The notes below the pieces were generated by a model. That model did not search any database. It had not been told where the DNA came from and was given only the letters and a program-made list of their open reading frames with translations. A stretch of 64,000 nucleotides of DNA from Schmidtea polychroa (Eukaryota). How positions within the stretch are numbered: the stretch's first letter is position 1; each line of letters opens with the position of its first letter. This document shows, piece after piece, positions 13,175-26,830 of the stretch. The stretch covers positions 1,986,001 through 2,050,000 of the forward strand of contig CM097885.1 of assembly GCA_044892525.1 (NCBI GenBank). The letters are read 5' to 3'. The translations under genes were made by a program, and so were the position numbers.

Positions 13175-13337
13175 AGTAATAATTTAAGCCTATTGCTGCG
13201 AATAATGTATTTAATGAAAAAATTTCGACTATAAGATAGTTCTTGAGATTGACCTTATAGTCTACAATTTTTTCAATTATAACTTTATTGTTTTAAATAA
13301 TAAATCCTGCTACCAAGAAATCATCACTTTATACTAT

Positions 13338-13340
<3 letters not shown>
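13175..13340. mobile_element. Inverted pair of PLE family A 3' tails inside (AAT)n
   Basis: 13175-13245 resembles 46135-46200. 13250-13330 is the opposite orientation, ending CTACCAAGAAATCATCAC and followed by (AAT)n. Confidence 0.65.
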
Positions 13341-13383
<43 letters not shown>

Positions 13384-15166
13384 TAATAATAATCATAATA
13401 ATAATAATTCCTTATATGGTCCAGAGAGGATAATCACTGTATGTTGGGTGACCTAAAGACAAACCAGAGTGGGAGGGAAAATGTAAATGAAAAATTCTTG
13501 TCTTATTGAAGTTCTGTCCACTTTTAAAGCTGGTGGGAAAGTATATTAAATAGCCTCTGATATTTATCCAAAATCAGTATATAACCTTCGCACCGGCAAA
13601 AGATAATGCAATATAAGGAGAATAAAAGGACATAGCTTTTACCCTCCCCTCGGAACAGGGAAACATGGCGTCATTGAAGATTAACCAATCGAGAATCATA
13701 AGAAACTATCAAAGAAATTGACAATTACATATTGCGCAAGTTTTTACTGGATTTTTTAATTTGTATTAGCCCGTTAAATTTCATAGGGCATTTGGAAGCA
13801 GCAATGAAAGGAAATTTCCCTATATGTGAGACTTACGAGTCAATCAGAATTTTCATTGCAACTTACCTCATTTACACGTGATCATCCAGCAGGCCTTTAT
13901 AATTAGTTTCCAACGATGTCGCCAGATTTGCTGATTCTCCTGATCGACATCTCTTGGCCAGCTCTCGACGCTAATGGAACTGGGAGAAAACCTAGCCTAA
14001 TTCATCTCATATTCCTGGGCAACAAATTGAATGAGGAAGTGCTGTAATGCTGCGATATCCGGATATAATTATGTTTCATGGCATGAAATCTGATGTGTTG
14101 GAGCCAGAGCTAACTGGAAATATTCCCTGCTTCATCCTATCCGATAAATAGATTCTAAGGGAGAATTTGTCCATTTGCCTCATTTTAACTGAGCAGATTT
14201 CTATAGGTCAATAAACATTTATTATATATGTTTCTTCATTTCTGCATCCATGCCATTCAGAATTCGGACTGGAATCCTTTGACCGATTGAACCTCCTAGG
14301 ACTGAAATATATATTGCAAAATCTTTCCCCTCGTTTTAGTGTTTTATTTTGGTAGAAGTAATCAATTTTCCATAATTATTAGCACAGCCAGATATTATAT
14401 TTTCATCGGCATAATTATTCCGTTGCTTCCAGCCTCTGGAATCCAAAGCTAGTGAATATTGATTATTGGCATCAAGTCTATCAGAAAAGTAAATAACAAA
14501 ATTGAAGTGTTGCAACTTGAAATGTTTATCTCTGTTAATGCTATTTGATTCTGTAAATGCCAAATTGAATAAAATCATTTTGAATGATTTGAATTTCATA
14601 ATCTTTACCAAACTGATTATTTGCTGAATTAGTTTTAGAATGTAAAAATTTATTATTTGAAATAACATTTTATCAATTAAAAATATTATATTATTTAAAC
14701 AAAGTTGTATTTTTCATTATTGCCTGCGCATAAATAAAACTCATTAGTCATAATTAAATTAATTTCGAAAATAGATTATCAATACACCGGGATTTGACTA
14801 TCCTACGGAGGGGGGAGTTCTGTATCAAGGTTAGTGAGAAAACATTAAATCACATACTATTAAAGTACAGGGATATTTTACCCAAATTTAATAAAAATAA
14901 TAACCATTGCGCTATTGTATTTTCTATTCGAATCGGCATAAGGCCATGAAGGGCTTTATGCCATGGCTGAATGTGTACAAAAGCTAGCATTTTATACCAC
15001 TATGTTTGCTTTTGAATTTCTTGGATTTCATGGAATTCACTTCCAGGCAGTGGTTGTCATGAAAATTGTCAAATTCGTAATGATGCTTCAATTTGATGGG
15101 GGGCATTGCAAATTATACTGCAATCTATTAGAAATTTAATTCTATACAAAAATCTGTACAAATCAT

Positions 15167-15365
15167 CTGTATGTCACCTGTATGTCACCTGTATGTCACC
15201 TGTATGTCACCTGTATGTCACCTGTATGTCATCTGCATGTCACCTGTATGTCACCTGTATGTCACCTGTATGTCACCTGTATGTCACCTGTATGTCACCT
15301 GTATGTCACCTGTATGTCACCTGTATGTCACCTGTATTTCACCTGCATGTCACCTGTATGTCACC
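15167..15365. repeat. 11-bp minisatellite (CTGTATGTCAC)n, about 18 copies
   Basis: Direct reading; period 11. Confidence 0.97.
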
Positions 15366-15980
15366 CGGACAAAACACACAAAACTGAACATAAATTATGA
15401 AAATACTATTAACAAATTAATTCATTCAAACTTATTAAAAAGCAGTCAATGAAAAGCAGAATCTGTTATTGAAAAGTTTATGTCTACATTGCGACACTTC
15501 GTAAATAATCCATAGACGGTATTGTTGCGTAAGTGGAAGTAAAGCTTGTAGGCATCGATTAAGTTAAACGCATTTTGACTAGGACGCTTCTGGATTTCTG
15601 ATACCGGATCGCGTTATCCGGTTCCTTCTAGAAATGATCAATCACCTTGTAGACAGACAGATGTTGACAAGTGATCTAGCTTTGTGATCAAGTTCATGCT
15701 GTTTACCACTACGGCTTCGTGTTGACATTCATTTAATGATCAAAATATAAAGAAAAAAATTGAAGAATAGATGATTTTGAAGCATTCTAATGAGAATTTA
15801 TGTAATTCGCTTCTTTGATATTGGGATTCTCTGCCTGACAGGAGCCATACTTTTATCATCTTGTCCCCCCCTCTCAATCCTAATTGACTCCAAGAAACGA
15901 AATATAATGAGATATTAATAATTTAATAAGCAGAAATTATGTGAAGCCTTCACCAAATATTCAGCGCATAACTGTTGGGA

Positions 15981-16069
<89 letters not shown>

Positions 16070-16338
16070 TTATATTTATAATAATGATGATAATAATAAT
16101 ATTAATAATAATATTAATAATAATAATTGTTTCGACCAGTCAGAGGAGGAAGGACATTTACCTCTGACTGGCAGTTGTCTGGTGTTTTTGTATCGCGTCT
16201 GTGTGCGCGGTATGGTTAGACCGAAATTTGTGAGTGTGCGCACACAGACGCGAGAAGTAGGTTGTACTATATTTTTTATGGTTTTTTTGATATTAATTTG
16301 ATTTAGTTCTCTGCTGAAAGAGAAATTGTTTAAAAGAG

Positions 16339-16848
16339 ATGTATTATGTGGAAATTTTGAATTCTCGGTTGTTGTTAAATATGGAAGATAATGAATGTTT
16401 GAAATGTCGTATTTCAATGAGCAATATAGCGAAGATTATTAATGGAAGTTTATCAAAACGATTGGAAATCAACGATTTCATTTCTGTAAATCATGAAATG
16501 ACAGAAGAGGAACTCCAAGATATTTTTATGAAATTTCCCCAAAAATTTAAAGATATTCGTGAATTATCTGAAATCATTTATGACATTAGCGATAAAAAGA
16601 TAAGCTTGCTAACTTATGAATATGATATTCTATTTAATCGAGCTCTTAAAAAGATCAACTCAATTCAAATTTTTATTCGCCAAAGTGTTGAACAATTATC
16701 CAATGTTTCCAATTCAATCATGGCTCAATCTCAAATTATTGGACACGTTAAATGGTTTGATAAACAATGGTTGTGTAAAAATAGAGCATGTGATGCGATC
16801 GATTACAGAAAAATTCTTTTGATTTGTTTTAGACGAAAACAAAAATAA
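16339..16848 (+). CDS. Hypothetical ORF, probably retroelement-associated
   Basis: 169-aa open frame that is not low-complexity. It lies downstream of the conserved GC hairpin and upstream of the Gypsy pol. No recognisable gag motif. Confidence 0.35.
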   Translation: MYYVEILNSRLLLNMEDNECLKCRISMSNIAKIINGSLSKRLEINDFISVNHEMTEEELQDIFMKFPQKFKDIRELSEIIYDISDKKISLLTYEYDILFNRALKKINSIQIFIRQSVEQLSNVSNSIMAQSQIIGHVKWFDKQWLCKNRACDAIDYRKILLICFRRKQK

Positions 16849-16862
16849 TAATAATAATAATT

Positions 16863-16916
<54 letters not shown>

Positions 16917-16920
<4 letters not shown>

Positions 16921-19444
16921 TTATAAATAATTTAATTTCCACGTTTGACGGTATTTTTATGAAACATAAATGGGATGTTGGAAAAACCGAACTATTAAAG
17001 CATGAAATACTTACTAAAGGTAGTCCGATTGTAATAAACCCAAGACGACAACCTATACATTTAATAGAAAAAATTGAAGAAAATATTCAAGAAATGTTGA
17101 AATATGACATTATATCAGAATGTACATCTCCTTGGAATTCTCCATTAGTATGCGTTAAAAAGAAAAACAGTAGTGATGTAAGAATATGCTTGGACTACCG
17201 TGCTTTAAATAATATAACCGAAAGACCGATTTTTCCCATTCCAAATACTGATGAATTATTAGATATTCTTGACGGAGCAAAGTTTTTCTCGACAATTGAT
17301 TTAGGCAATGCTTATTATCAAGTAGAACTCGATGATGCATCAAAATTGAAAACAGCATTTTCGACAAAAAGCAAGCAATATTACTTTAACAGAATGCCAT
17401 TTGGAATAGCAGCCGCGCCAGCAACATTTCAAAGACTTATGAATTTGGTTCTTGGAGAATTAAATTGGAATGGAACAATTATATATCTGGATGATATCCT
17501 TATATTTTCAAAGACATTGAATGAACATTATAGTACCATTGAAAAGGTTTTTCAAAAGATTAAATTAGCAAATCTTAAAATAAGTCCAGCAAAATGTCAA
17601 TTCAAAAGGAAAGAAGTAAAATTTTTGGGTCATATCATTGGTGAAGATGGAATACGTACGGATGAAAGCAAGATTGAAACTATTAAAAATTTTGAAAGAC
17701 CAAAATGCGTAAAAAGTTTGAGAGGATTTTTAGGCTTGGCAAATTACTATCGCAGATTTATAGAAAATTACACCAAAGATTCCAAAGTATTAGAAGCGTT
17801 ATGTGGAAGTAAACAAAAGAAGCTTATGTGGACTGATGAGTGTGAAACTTCATTTCAAAATTTAAAACTGAAATTGACGTCTACACCTGTATTGAAGTTC
17901 CCAGATTTTTCTAAGCCATTCATTTTGGATACAGATGCAAGTTTTGACCGCATTGGTGCTGTTCTGTCTCAAAAAGATGGAAGTAAAGAAAGAGTAATCG
18001 CATATGGATCCCAAGCTATGAATAAACACGAGTTGGGTTATTGTATAACAAGAAAGGAATTACTATCTATATTTTATTTTACTGGTCATTTTAAGCATTA
18101 TCTATATGGTAAAAAGTTTATTTTGAGGACGGATCACAAAGCAATTACATTTATGATGAAGACAAAGAAAGCTATTACCCCACAATTTCAAACTTGGATT
18201 AACCATATTAGTGGTCTGGACATGAAGATTCAATACAGAAAAGGTGATAACCACAATAATGCCGATGCTTTATCTAGAAAAGAATGTGAAACATGTGTTC
18301 AATTGCAAATGATTCATGAAAATCCTAAAATGGGTAAATTAAAAACAAGATTGTTGACACTGATGACTGATAATATTGAAAATATATGGCAAAAGAACTC
18401 GAAAGAAATTGAAAATATAAAAGAAAATATTAGTTTGATGCCAGATAAAACATTTTTTAAATATGTCAACGGAGTGATTATGACAAATAATAATAAAATT
18501 TGGATCCCAGAAGAAAACAAGTCTGGATTCATCATAGAATATCATAAAAAGCTCTGTCACGCGGGTGCTAATAAAGTAAAAATGTATGTATCAAACAATT
18601 TTGATATGAAAGATTTGGAGCAATCTATTCGTATTTTGTACAATCCTGTGAAAACTGTCAGAAAAGAAAGGTTGATACAACTAAAACAAAAGAAGAAATA
18701 ATTTGCAAAAGTGATTCGAAATTATTTGAAACAATCTATGTAGATTTTTGTGGTCCATTACAACTTGCAATGAAAGGAGAAAGATATATTCTTGGGATTA
18801 TAGATCATCATAGTAAGTTTATTTCTTTACATGCAGTGAAATCGCAAGATGAAAAAACAGTGGTAAGATTACTGAAAGAAGAGTGGATAATGAAGTTTGG
18901 AGCACCAAGGATAATAAACTGTGACAGAGGTAAATCATTTGAATCAAAGCTAATGAAAGATTTTGCAGAATTCCACAATATTGAAATTAATTATTCAAGT
19001 CCATATCATCACTCAGCAAATGGACAGATTGAGAGACAATTCCGTACAATTAGAGATGCAATACAGATAACATTCAAAGATAAAAGACATAAATCATGGG
19101 TAGATATTCTTCCCGAAGTTCAGTTTATGTTGAATTCAACTTTTCAAAAAACAATTAGGAAGACTCCAGCTGAAATGGTGTTTGGGAAAAAGATTTATAG
19201 TGAATGGTTCTCAGAGATTGTGGAAGAAGAAAAAATCAATCAGGCGACAAATCACGAATTTCAAATTGGAGATTGCGTATTGATCAAAGTAAATGTTCGA
19301 AATAAAGGTGATAACAGATACATGGGTCCAGGTGTGATTACTAAAAAGATTCATGATCGAAGTTATGAAATAAAATTGAAAAATGGAAGTTCCATCACGA
19401 GAAATATTGAGTGGTTAAAGGTTTTCAAAAAGGGGGGGGTGTGA
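16917..19444 (+). mobile_element. Ty3/Gypsy LTR retrotransposon pol (RT-RNase H-integrase), 5'-truncated at an (AAT)n tract, one frameshift
   Basis: RT: SPWNSPLVCV, RICLDYRALN, MPFG, YLDD. RNase H: LDTDAS, TDHKA. Integrase HHCC (H.KLCH...SCENCQ after a frameshift at about 18633) and core D..CDRG..NGQIER, plus a GPY/F-like YMGPG. Polypurine tract AAAAAGGGGGGGG at 19427-19439 is followed by TG (3' LTR start, 19440). Confidence 0.95.
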
Positions 19445-20021
19445 AGCGTTTTGTAATTTGTATTTAAATAATGGTATGATGTTGTGCATGTGTTGGCATA
19501 TGTGGGGAAAAAGAAATTTGTTGCACACATCATCATCTCACATCTCACATACCCTGCATCATTTCTCCGCTCAGATACTCCCCATACATACACCAAATGA
19601 TCATGTACATATTCCCACGCATGAGCCCGTGGTGATGTTCCACGTTGGTGCTGCTCACACGGGTTGGAAAAGGTTAGCAGGTGAGCCTCTGCCTTAAGAC
19701 TACTCCTAACCCTTTCTCGATACGGGTTCTACGGTGCCTTAGAAGGTCTTACCCCGTTCCACATACACAATTCGGTCCGACCCTGGTCCAAGGGGACGAC
19801 CTTGTATTATCACCTACATTCGACATCATCTTTCCACTCGTATCAACTTCGATATCTCACCTGTTTAAATCAATCAGCAGAAACAATAAAAGATGTATTA
19901 ACTTATAACAAATCATTACACGCAGAATAATCAAGAACTGTTTTACATGTAAACATACAGCATTTATAAACACGCAAGTTCACTTCGGGACCATGCATAG
20001 AACAAGGCACCTTTGAATTGA

Positions 20022-20783
20022 TCAATCGAAGGGTTCTCCATCCGCAAGCATTGCGTCGATATCGACCGGCAGTCGTGGGTTAGAAATGTACTTGATGCCT
20101 TCTGCCGGTATTACACGAAAGATTTCCTTTGATGGGATGGAATGGCTGGAGGATATTTCTCTTATGGTAGATTGAGCTACAGATAGTGACGCCTCGAGAG
20201 CAGCCATCGCATCTCGGCGTTTCTGATTTTTCTTGGCTCGGGTCGGCCGTTTCCGTTTGCGAGACGACGGGGGATTGTCAGTGTGCGGGGTGACGACGGT
20301 TGCCCCCAAGATTGGAGCCAAGATGGGCTCGGTAGGTCTACCTACCAAGGGTTGAGAACCCGATAAGATTGGAGCTGGAATGGGCGGTAGGCACGATCCA
20401 TGCCCTTGGCAGCTCGTAGCAGTCGGTTCGGATACTTGATGAGGAAGAGGGAAAACGTTCATTTTCTCTATGACGGGAAATTCCCGTACCCGCTTGGCGA
20501 GTTCTGCCTCCGTATAAACCTTGTGGAGGGCTTCTGATTGGGCTTTGATTGTAAGCCGTTGGCATCGGCTCTCCTCCAGCAAGCTATCTCTACAATGTTC
20601 TAACCGGAGGATTTTCTTTCGTTCCTCCTTCATTTGTGGCGGGGAGAACCACGTACCCTCATAGAGGTCAATTCTCTTCTTTAGAGCCCCGATGTATAGA
20701 TGGAGCTGCGCGATATCTGCATTTTTATCTGCGCAGGAGAAACATGGGCGAAGAGTTTTCTCAGCAGTGGTAGGAGTAGTCAT
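20022..20783 (-). CDS. Orphan 253-aa ORF (Cys pair, coiled-coil-like N-terminus, Pro-rich middle, basic NLS-like SRKRKRP..KKNQKRR), probably retroelement-borne
   Basis: Long, GC-richer open frame. A splice-acceptor-like CTTCTCATTCTTTAG sits immediately before the ATG. Confidence 0.5.
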   Translation of the reverse strand: MTTPTTAEKTLRPCFSCADKNADIAQLHLYIGALKKRIDLYEGTWFSPPQMKEERKKILRLEHCRDSLLEESRCQRLTIKAQSEALHKVYTEAELAKRVREFPVIEKMNVFPLPHQVSEPTATSCQGHGSCLPPIPAPILSGSQPLVGRPTEPILAPILGATVVTPHTDNPPSSRKRKRPTRAKKNQKRRDAMAALEASLSVAQSTIREISSSHSIPSKEIFRVIPAEGIKYISNPRLPVDIDAMLADGEPFD

Positions 20784-22814
20784 CTAAAGAATGAGAAGTC
20801 CTTTATTTACATCATTAAAATCCTTTCTACTATTTATTTTCTTTTTATCGTGAGCTTTATCCTACCACATATGCATACAATCAGGATTGTCCCCCACATC
20901 CATACCTTTGACGTCACTTAACTCATCCAAACCGTAAACCTTCAAATCAACTCATCACATCGTTCGTAATGAAGAGAAAATGAGAACCATCACACGTTAT
21001 TTCTCTACCCATATTGATATTGTACCTAGGTTCCTGGGTCGACAGTTATCATCTAATCGCAATAAGTTACTCCTTACCACTAATATATTTTTTCACTTTT
21101 ATTTATTATGACCTATTGAAGGTGGGTCTACTCCCTGGTTTTTATGGCTTATTGCGTTATGCCTGCTTTAATATAAAAGAAGTAGTTCCATACTGTTGAT
21201 GCAATGTGCGCTGTATTAAGTTAAAAAACGAATTTGTTAAAAATTATTACTAGTATTAATTTCCCTCATAAATTACAATTTAATTATTTAAATTTTCGCA
21301 TTTTATGTTGTCATAACGACGCATATCGGTATGTAGTGGTGTACTGGTTTCAGACTCTACCTGATGTGCGCTAATGTGTATTATCTCGTTTTACTCAATT
21401 ATCGCTGTCCTCTCTTAACAAATCCTAGACATTGTGTCTGTTAGTGTGCCTTGATCTCGTCGCTTATTTATGCATGCTCTCTAACACATTCTACTATGAC
21501 GCAATGATGATGTCAACTCCCTCACGTCCCATGTATTAGTGGAGTTATCTGTGTGTGGGTTTGGGTCTGCTTATCTCAGTTATAGCATTATTAGCAGATG
21601 GGCTAGACGGATGGAAGATAATGAGTCAGGCTTATAGAAGTAACGTTTGTTATGATTTCAAGATTGCCCAAATCCGTTACCGGGTAAAAATGGATTTAAC
21701 TCCTATCTCTCTCGTGAATGTTAACTATTCTCAAAAACCTAATCGTCTCATCGATTTGGCGCATGTCGTTCCACAATCGAACCGCTGGGATATTTTATCT
21801 ACGCTACTTGCTTCTCTGCAATAGTCGTTTCTCGATCAGATGGAAAATTTATCGATAATTTGTTCGAAATGGTCGTTGATAATTTCCTTTAGGACTGTAG
21901 TAAGTACCTATGATTAATTAGAACTTTGCTATTTACTGTTCTGTCAGGGCAAATTCTTATCGATGACAGCAGCTAATCGAAGGTTGATAATTAAGTCTCC
22001 TACTCGTCAACTGACATATCACCGCGATGGGTTTAATCGCTAACGTTCTCTTGATTTATCAATTCTTGGAAATACAGAATGCTCCAGATTTTTATCATTC
22101 ATCAAGAAACGAGAATGGACGTTAGAATTTTCAGCGAAGTTCGAGAATTTCATTACCCTCAAGGATAGTCGATATTCATATTCTGACGATAGGAGGTGAC
22201 CTAGCTCTGAATGGAATATGGCCGAACTCAAACTCGGATTTAATATCAAAAACGTCGTCGATCTCCTAGAATTTTCAGTCAGCACATTGTCGGCATCGAA
22301 ACAGTATCGCTCAGAAGTTTCCTCAATAGAAAGTTTTCGACGGCTAATTTTATAGATAGCACTCGATGAAAAGATCATTGACTCGATTCGTTTTCTCTCA
22401 CAGGGTTTCCTCACCCCTCACAACCCACCCAAGGACAGTACGCATTTCTGCCTACTGCCCTTGGACCGTCGTGAAGGACAACTCGACCCGACTTATCTCA
22501 AATCCTTCTCCAATAATGTGCAATTAATAAATTCATATTCCTGTTAAACCAATATGGGAATAATGAAATTAAATGAAAAATCAAATAAATAAATGTTTAC
22601 CTGGCGGCCACGCCATCTGGATTCCGGGTATGATGACTCTTACTAACGTAGGTTTTTATACTCCTTTAATAATCATTGTAATACTCATATCCATGTAGAC
22701 ACTTGGCTGGTTCTGTCAATACAATTTCTGGGTATCCGCATCCATAAGCTCTCTCTGAAATGCATACGTAATTTAGCCGCATCATACCCGAACTCCAAAA
22801 GGCGTCGTCGCCAG

Positions 22815-23720
22815 CATCATAGAGAGAAAGCAACATCTTTTGGTTTTAAATATAAATTTTATTGAAACATAAAACGTCTTTTGATATTAAATTCATAGTA
22901 AACATTAAAATTATCATACTAAAATTCAAAACATAATTTACCAAAATTCTCCGAAGGTGTTAGGATTGAAATCAAAGTTTTGTCAAATTTTTCCTTAGTT
23001 AGACTGGTTCTTCTCAACTGGATTCGATCTCGACTATTATTTGCCTCTAAGTACTATCTGTTATGTCCAAGTATGAATATCGTTCGTAAGTCTGTGCTCG
23101 TGAGTGGTTCCTAGTCCTGTAGAGTTTCGGGTTAGAATGATGATGATTTTAAATAAATTTTACCTGTAGAGTTTCGGGTTAGAATGATACTCTACAGAGT
23201 TTTGTTGCTCTTTATATATTATTTTCCGTCCAATCAGGACACACCTTGCTTGTAATTTTGTTATTTATTATTATTTTATGTTTTTCTTATCGTAGTATAT
23301 TATATTTTAATGACCCTACCTATTTCTATTATTGTTTTATTTATTTTCCTATTTTTTATTATTTTTCTCCTATTTTTCTGTGGTTTTATTGCTATTTTAT
23401 TGTAACTTCATTTTTTGTTTTAATTATCCTTATGGATGATTTTATTTTTATTTTGTTTTCCTTTAGTTTTCGTTTGTTTTTCTTAAATTTTGTGCCATTT
23501 TATTTCTCTTTTACTGTTGTGCTCATTGGGTGCCTTCCCTTTTGTCTTATTTCCCCTTTACAGGTTTTGTTATTTTATTTAGTTATTCTTGTTTCTTTAT
23601 GGATGTTTAATTTGTTTCTTCCTATGTTTCTCGTAATTTTTATATGTTTTTATTTTATTTACTCTATCTCTTCCTGGGTTCGTTTTTCCAACACCTTCAG
23701 AGCTTAGCCCAACACATGTT
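22815..23720 (-). mobile_element. Probable LTR-like segment (minus orientation)
   Basis: Minus strand has an A-rich U3-like tract, a CCAAT box (23230), TATATAAA (~23212), Inr-like TCATT, AATAAA (~22860), then PBS-like TGGCGACG. The same TATA/CCAAT layout recurs at 30970-31150. No paired LTR was found. Confidence 0.4.
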
Positions 23721-23874
23721 TGATTGTATGTTGAAATCCTTACTTATACATTAATTATTATTTTTAGAAACTCCTCAAACAAATTAACGTTATAATTTGT
23801 TTTAATAATATTTGTGTTTTTATAATAAAACGTGTTTTTGTTATGGATTCTATTAATACCCGTAGCTCTGTGGC

Positions 23875-23995
<121 letters not shown>

Positions 23996-24492
23996 TATTA
24001 TTATATTTATAATAATGATAATAATAATAAAGATAATAGCAATTGATTCTCACAATGACATAATGGTTTAGAATAATATAAAGAACAAATAGAATCGAAG
24101 AATGGCCATGACAGAACAGATGGCATTAGAACGGCCCATGGAGAGTCCTCCTTGCACATAAGGCAACCCAACCCCACCCCACCCCACCACACCACCCTCC
24201 TACAATAGACCAACCATAATATAATCTCTAACAGAATTCTCACTGGCTTGTCAACCAGTTAAGAGGCTACTTAAGACTAAAAATTAATTGATTTGCCTTT
24301 TCTATCAGCAAAAAAATAATCTTATCAACCACTTGCAGAGAATTTTCAGAAATTCCGATATCACTGCTCCCGTTCTCCTAGCACAAAGATTCGCTGAACG
24401 ATTTCAGTCGTAGAATCTGAACAGCAGCAGATGAAAGCCATTTGTAGATGTAAATATAATTTTATATTATTGTCCAATATTTCCTCTGATAA

Positions 24493-25362
<870 letters not shown>

Positions 25363-25479
25363 GATCATTTTTCAATCTTAGGAAAAATATTTGAAGAGAA
25401 ATTAAAAAGAAAAACTGTGAATAGTGAATTAAAAGAACGAACAATGGGAAATAAATGAGATAAGGAAAATGGTGCCTTC

Positions 25480-25990
25480 TGCCTCAAGGCCAATCAGTGA
25501 TCTATTCCAGTGCTACTAATTGGCACATTGAATATTGTTTGTGATTCCTTGATTATTTGATCTGTGGCCGTGCTGGAATGCCCGATGCCGTTGATAAATA
25601 GTGAAATTGAAATTAATAAAACAAGAAATTAATCCGAATTATGGATTAGGGAGAGAATCCGCCAATGTCAATAACTGCGTCACGTCGCGTCCCGAGTAAA
25701 CATGAGCAAATAAAAGTTGGCGAGAATTCCAGAATAAAAATCTCGCGCTCCTCCTCCTCCTGCTCCTGCTCCTGCTCCTCCTTTTCCTCGCCTCCCCTCC
25801 AATACCCCTCCTCCTCCCATCATCGAATCGATATTAATTATAAATTATTAACGATCGGCGTCTGATATTTGTGAAAGAATAATCGACAATGAAATACTTG
25901 TCACACGAAATCGGGTCTGCTGGAACGTGCTGAATGGCGGGCAAAGCGCGTGAATGTGGAAACGCGATTCGCGCTTCAATTTTGAATTTA
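25480..25990. promoter_or_regulatory. Possible Pol II promoter (CpG-enriched island)
   Basis: Several CCAAT/ATTGG boxes, CRE-like TGCGTCACGT, a CT-rich tract and E2F-like GGCGGGCAAA / GCGCG in an otherwise CpG-poor context. Confidence 0.3.
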
Positions 25991-26212
25991 TAAACTGAAT
26001 TCATTTTCCCCCCGAAAATTTATCCTCCGAAATAATTTCCAGAGAAATTTCCCCTCAAGTGCTCATTGAAGCAAAACAGATTTTAATTGTAAAATTATAT
26101 TGATTTTTAATTTCACTGCACTCGCAGATTTATTTATTGATTAATTCTATTATGGAATTTCTATTAATTCTGTGAGGAATTCATTTGCTTATAATTAGGA
26201 GGAAAATCTATA

Positions 26213-26271
<59 letters not shown>

Positions 26272-26277
26272 TTATTC

Positions 26278-26325
<48 letters not shown>

Positions 26326-26384
26326 TTATTCTTATTCTTATTCTTCTTATTATTCTTCTTCTTCTTCTTCTTCTTCTTCTTCTT

Positions 26385-26480
<96 letters not shown>

Positions 26481-26482
26481 TA

Positions 26483-26830
<348 letters not shown>

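Noticed and set aside
14250..14668. Possible minus-strand exons (110-aa ORF)
   Set aside because: No recognisable domain or consistent splice chain.
15106..15452. Cys/His-rich repetitive ORFs (MSPVCHLYVTC)n resembling a metal-binding protein or a CRISPR array
   Set aside because: This is an 11-bp tandem repeat, open in all three frames, with no spacers.
23246..23707. 153-aa hydrophobic ORF suggesting a membrane protein or NUMT
   Set aside because: It comes from a T-rich low-complexity strand of an LTR-like region and has no mitochondrial gene motifs.
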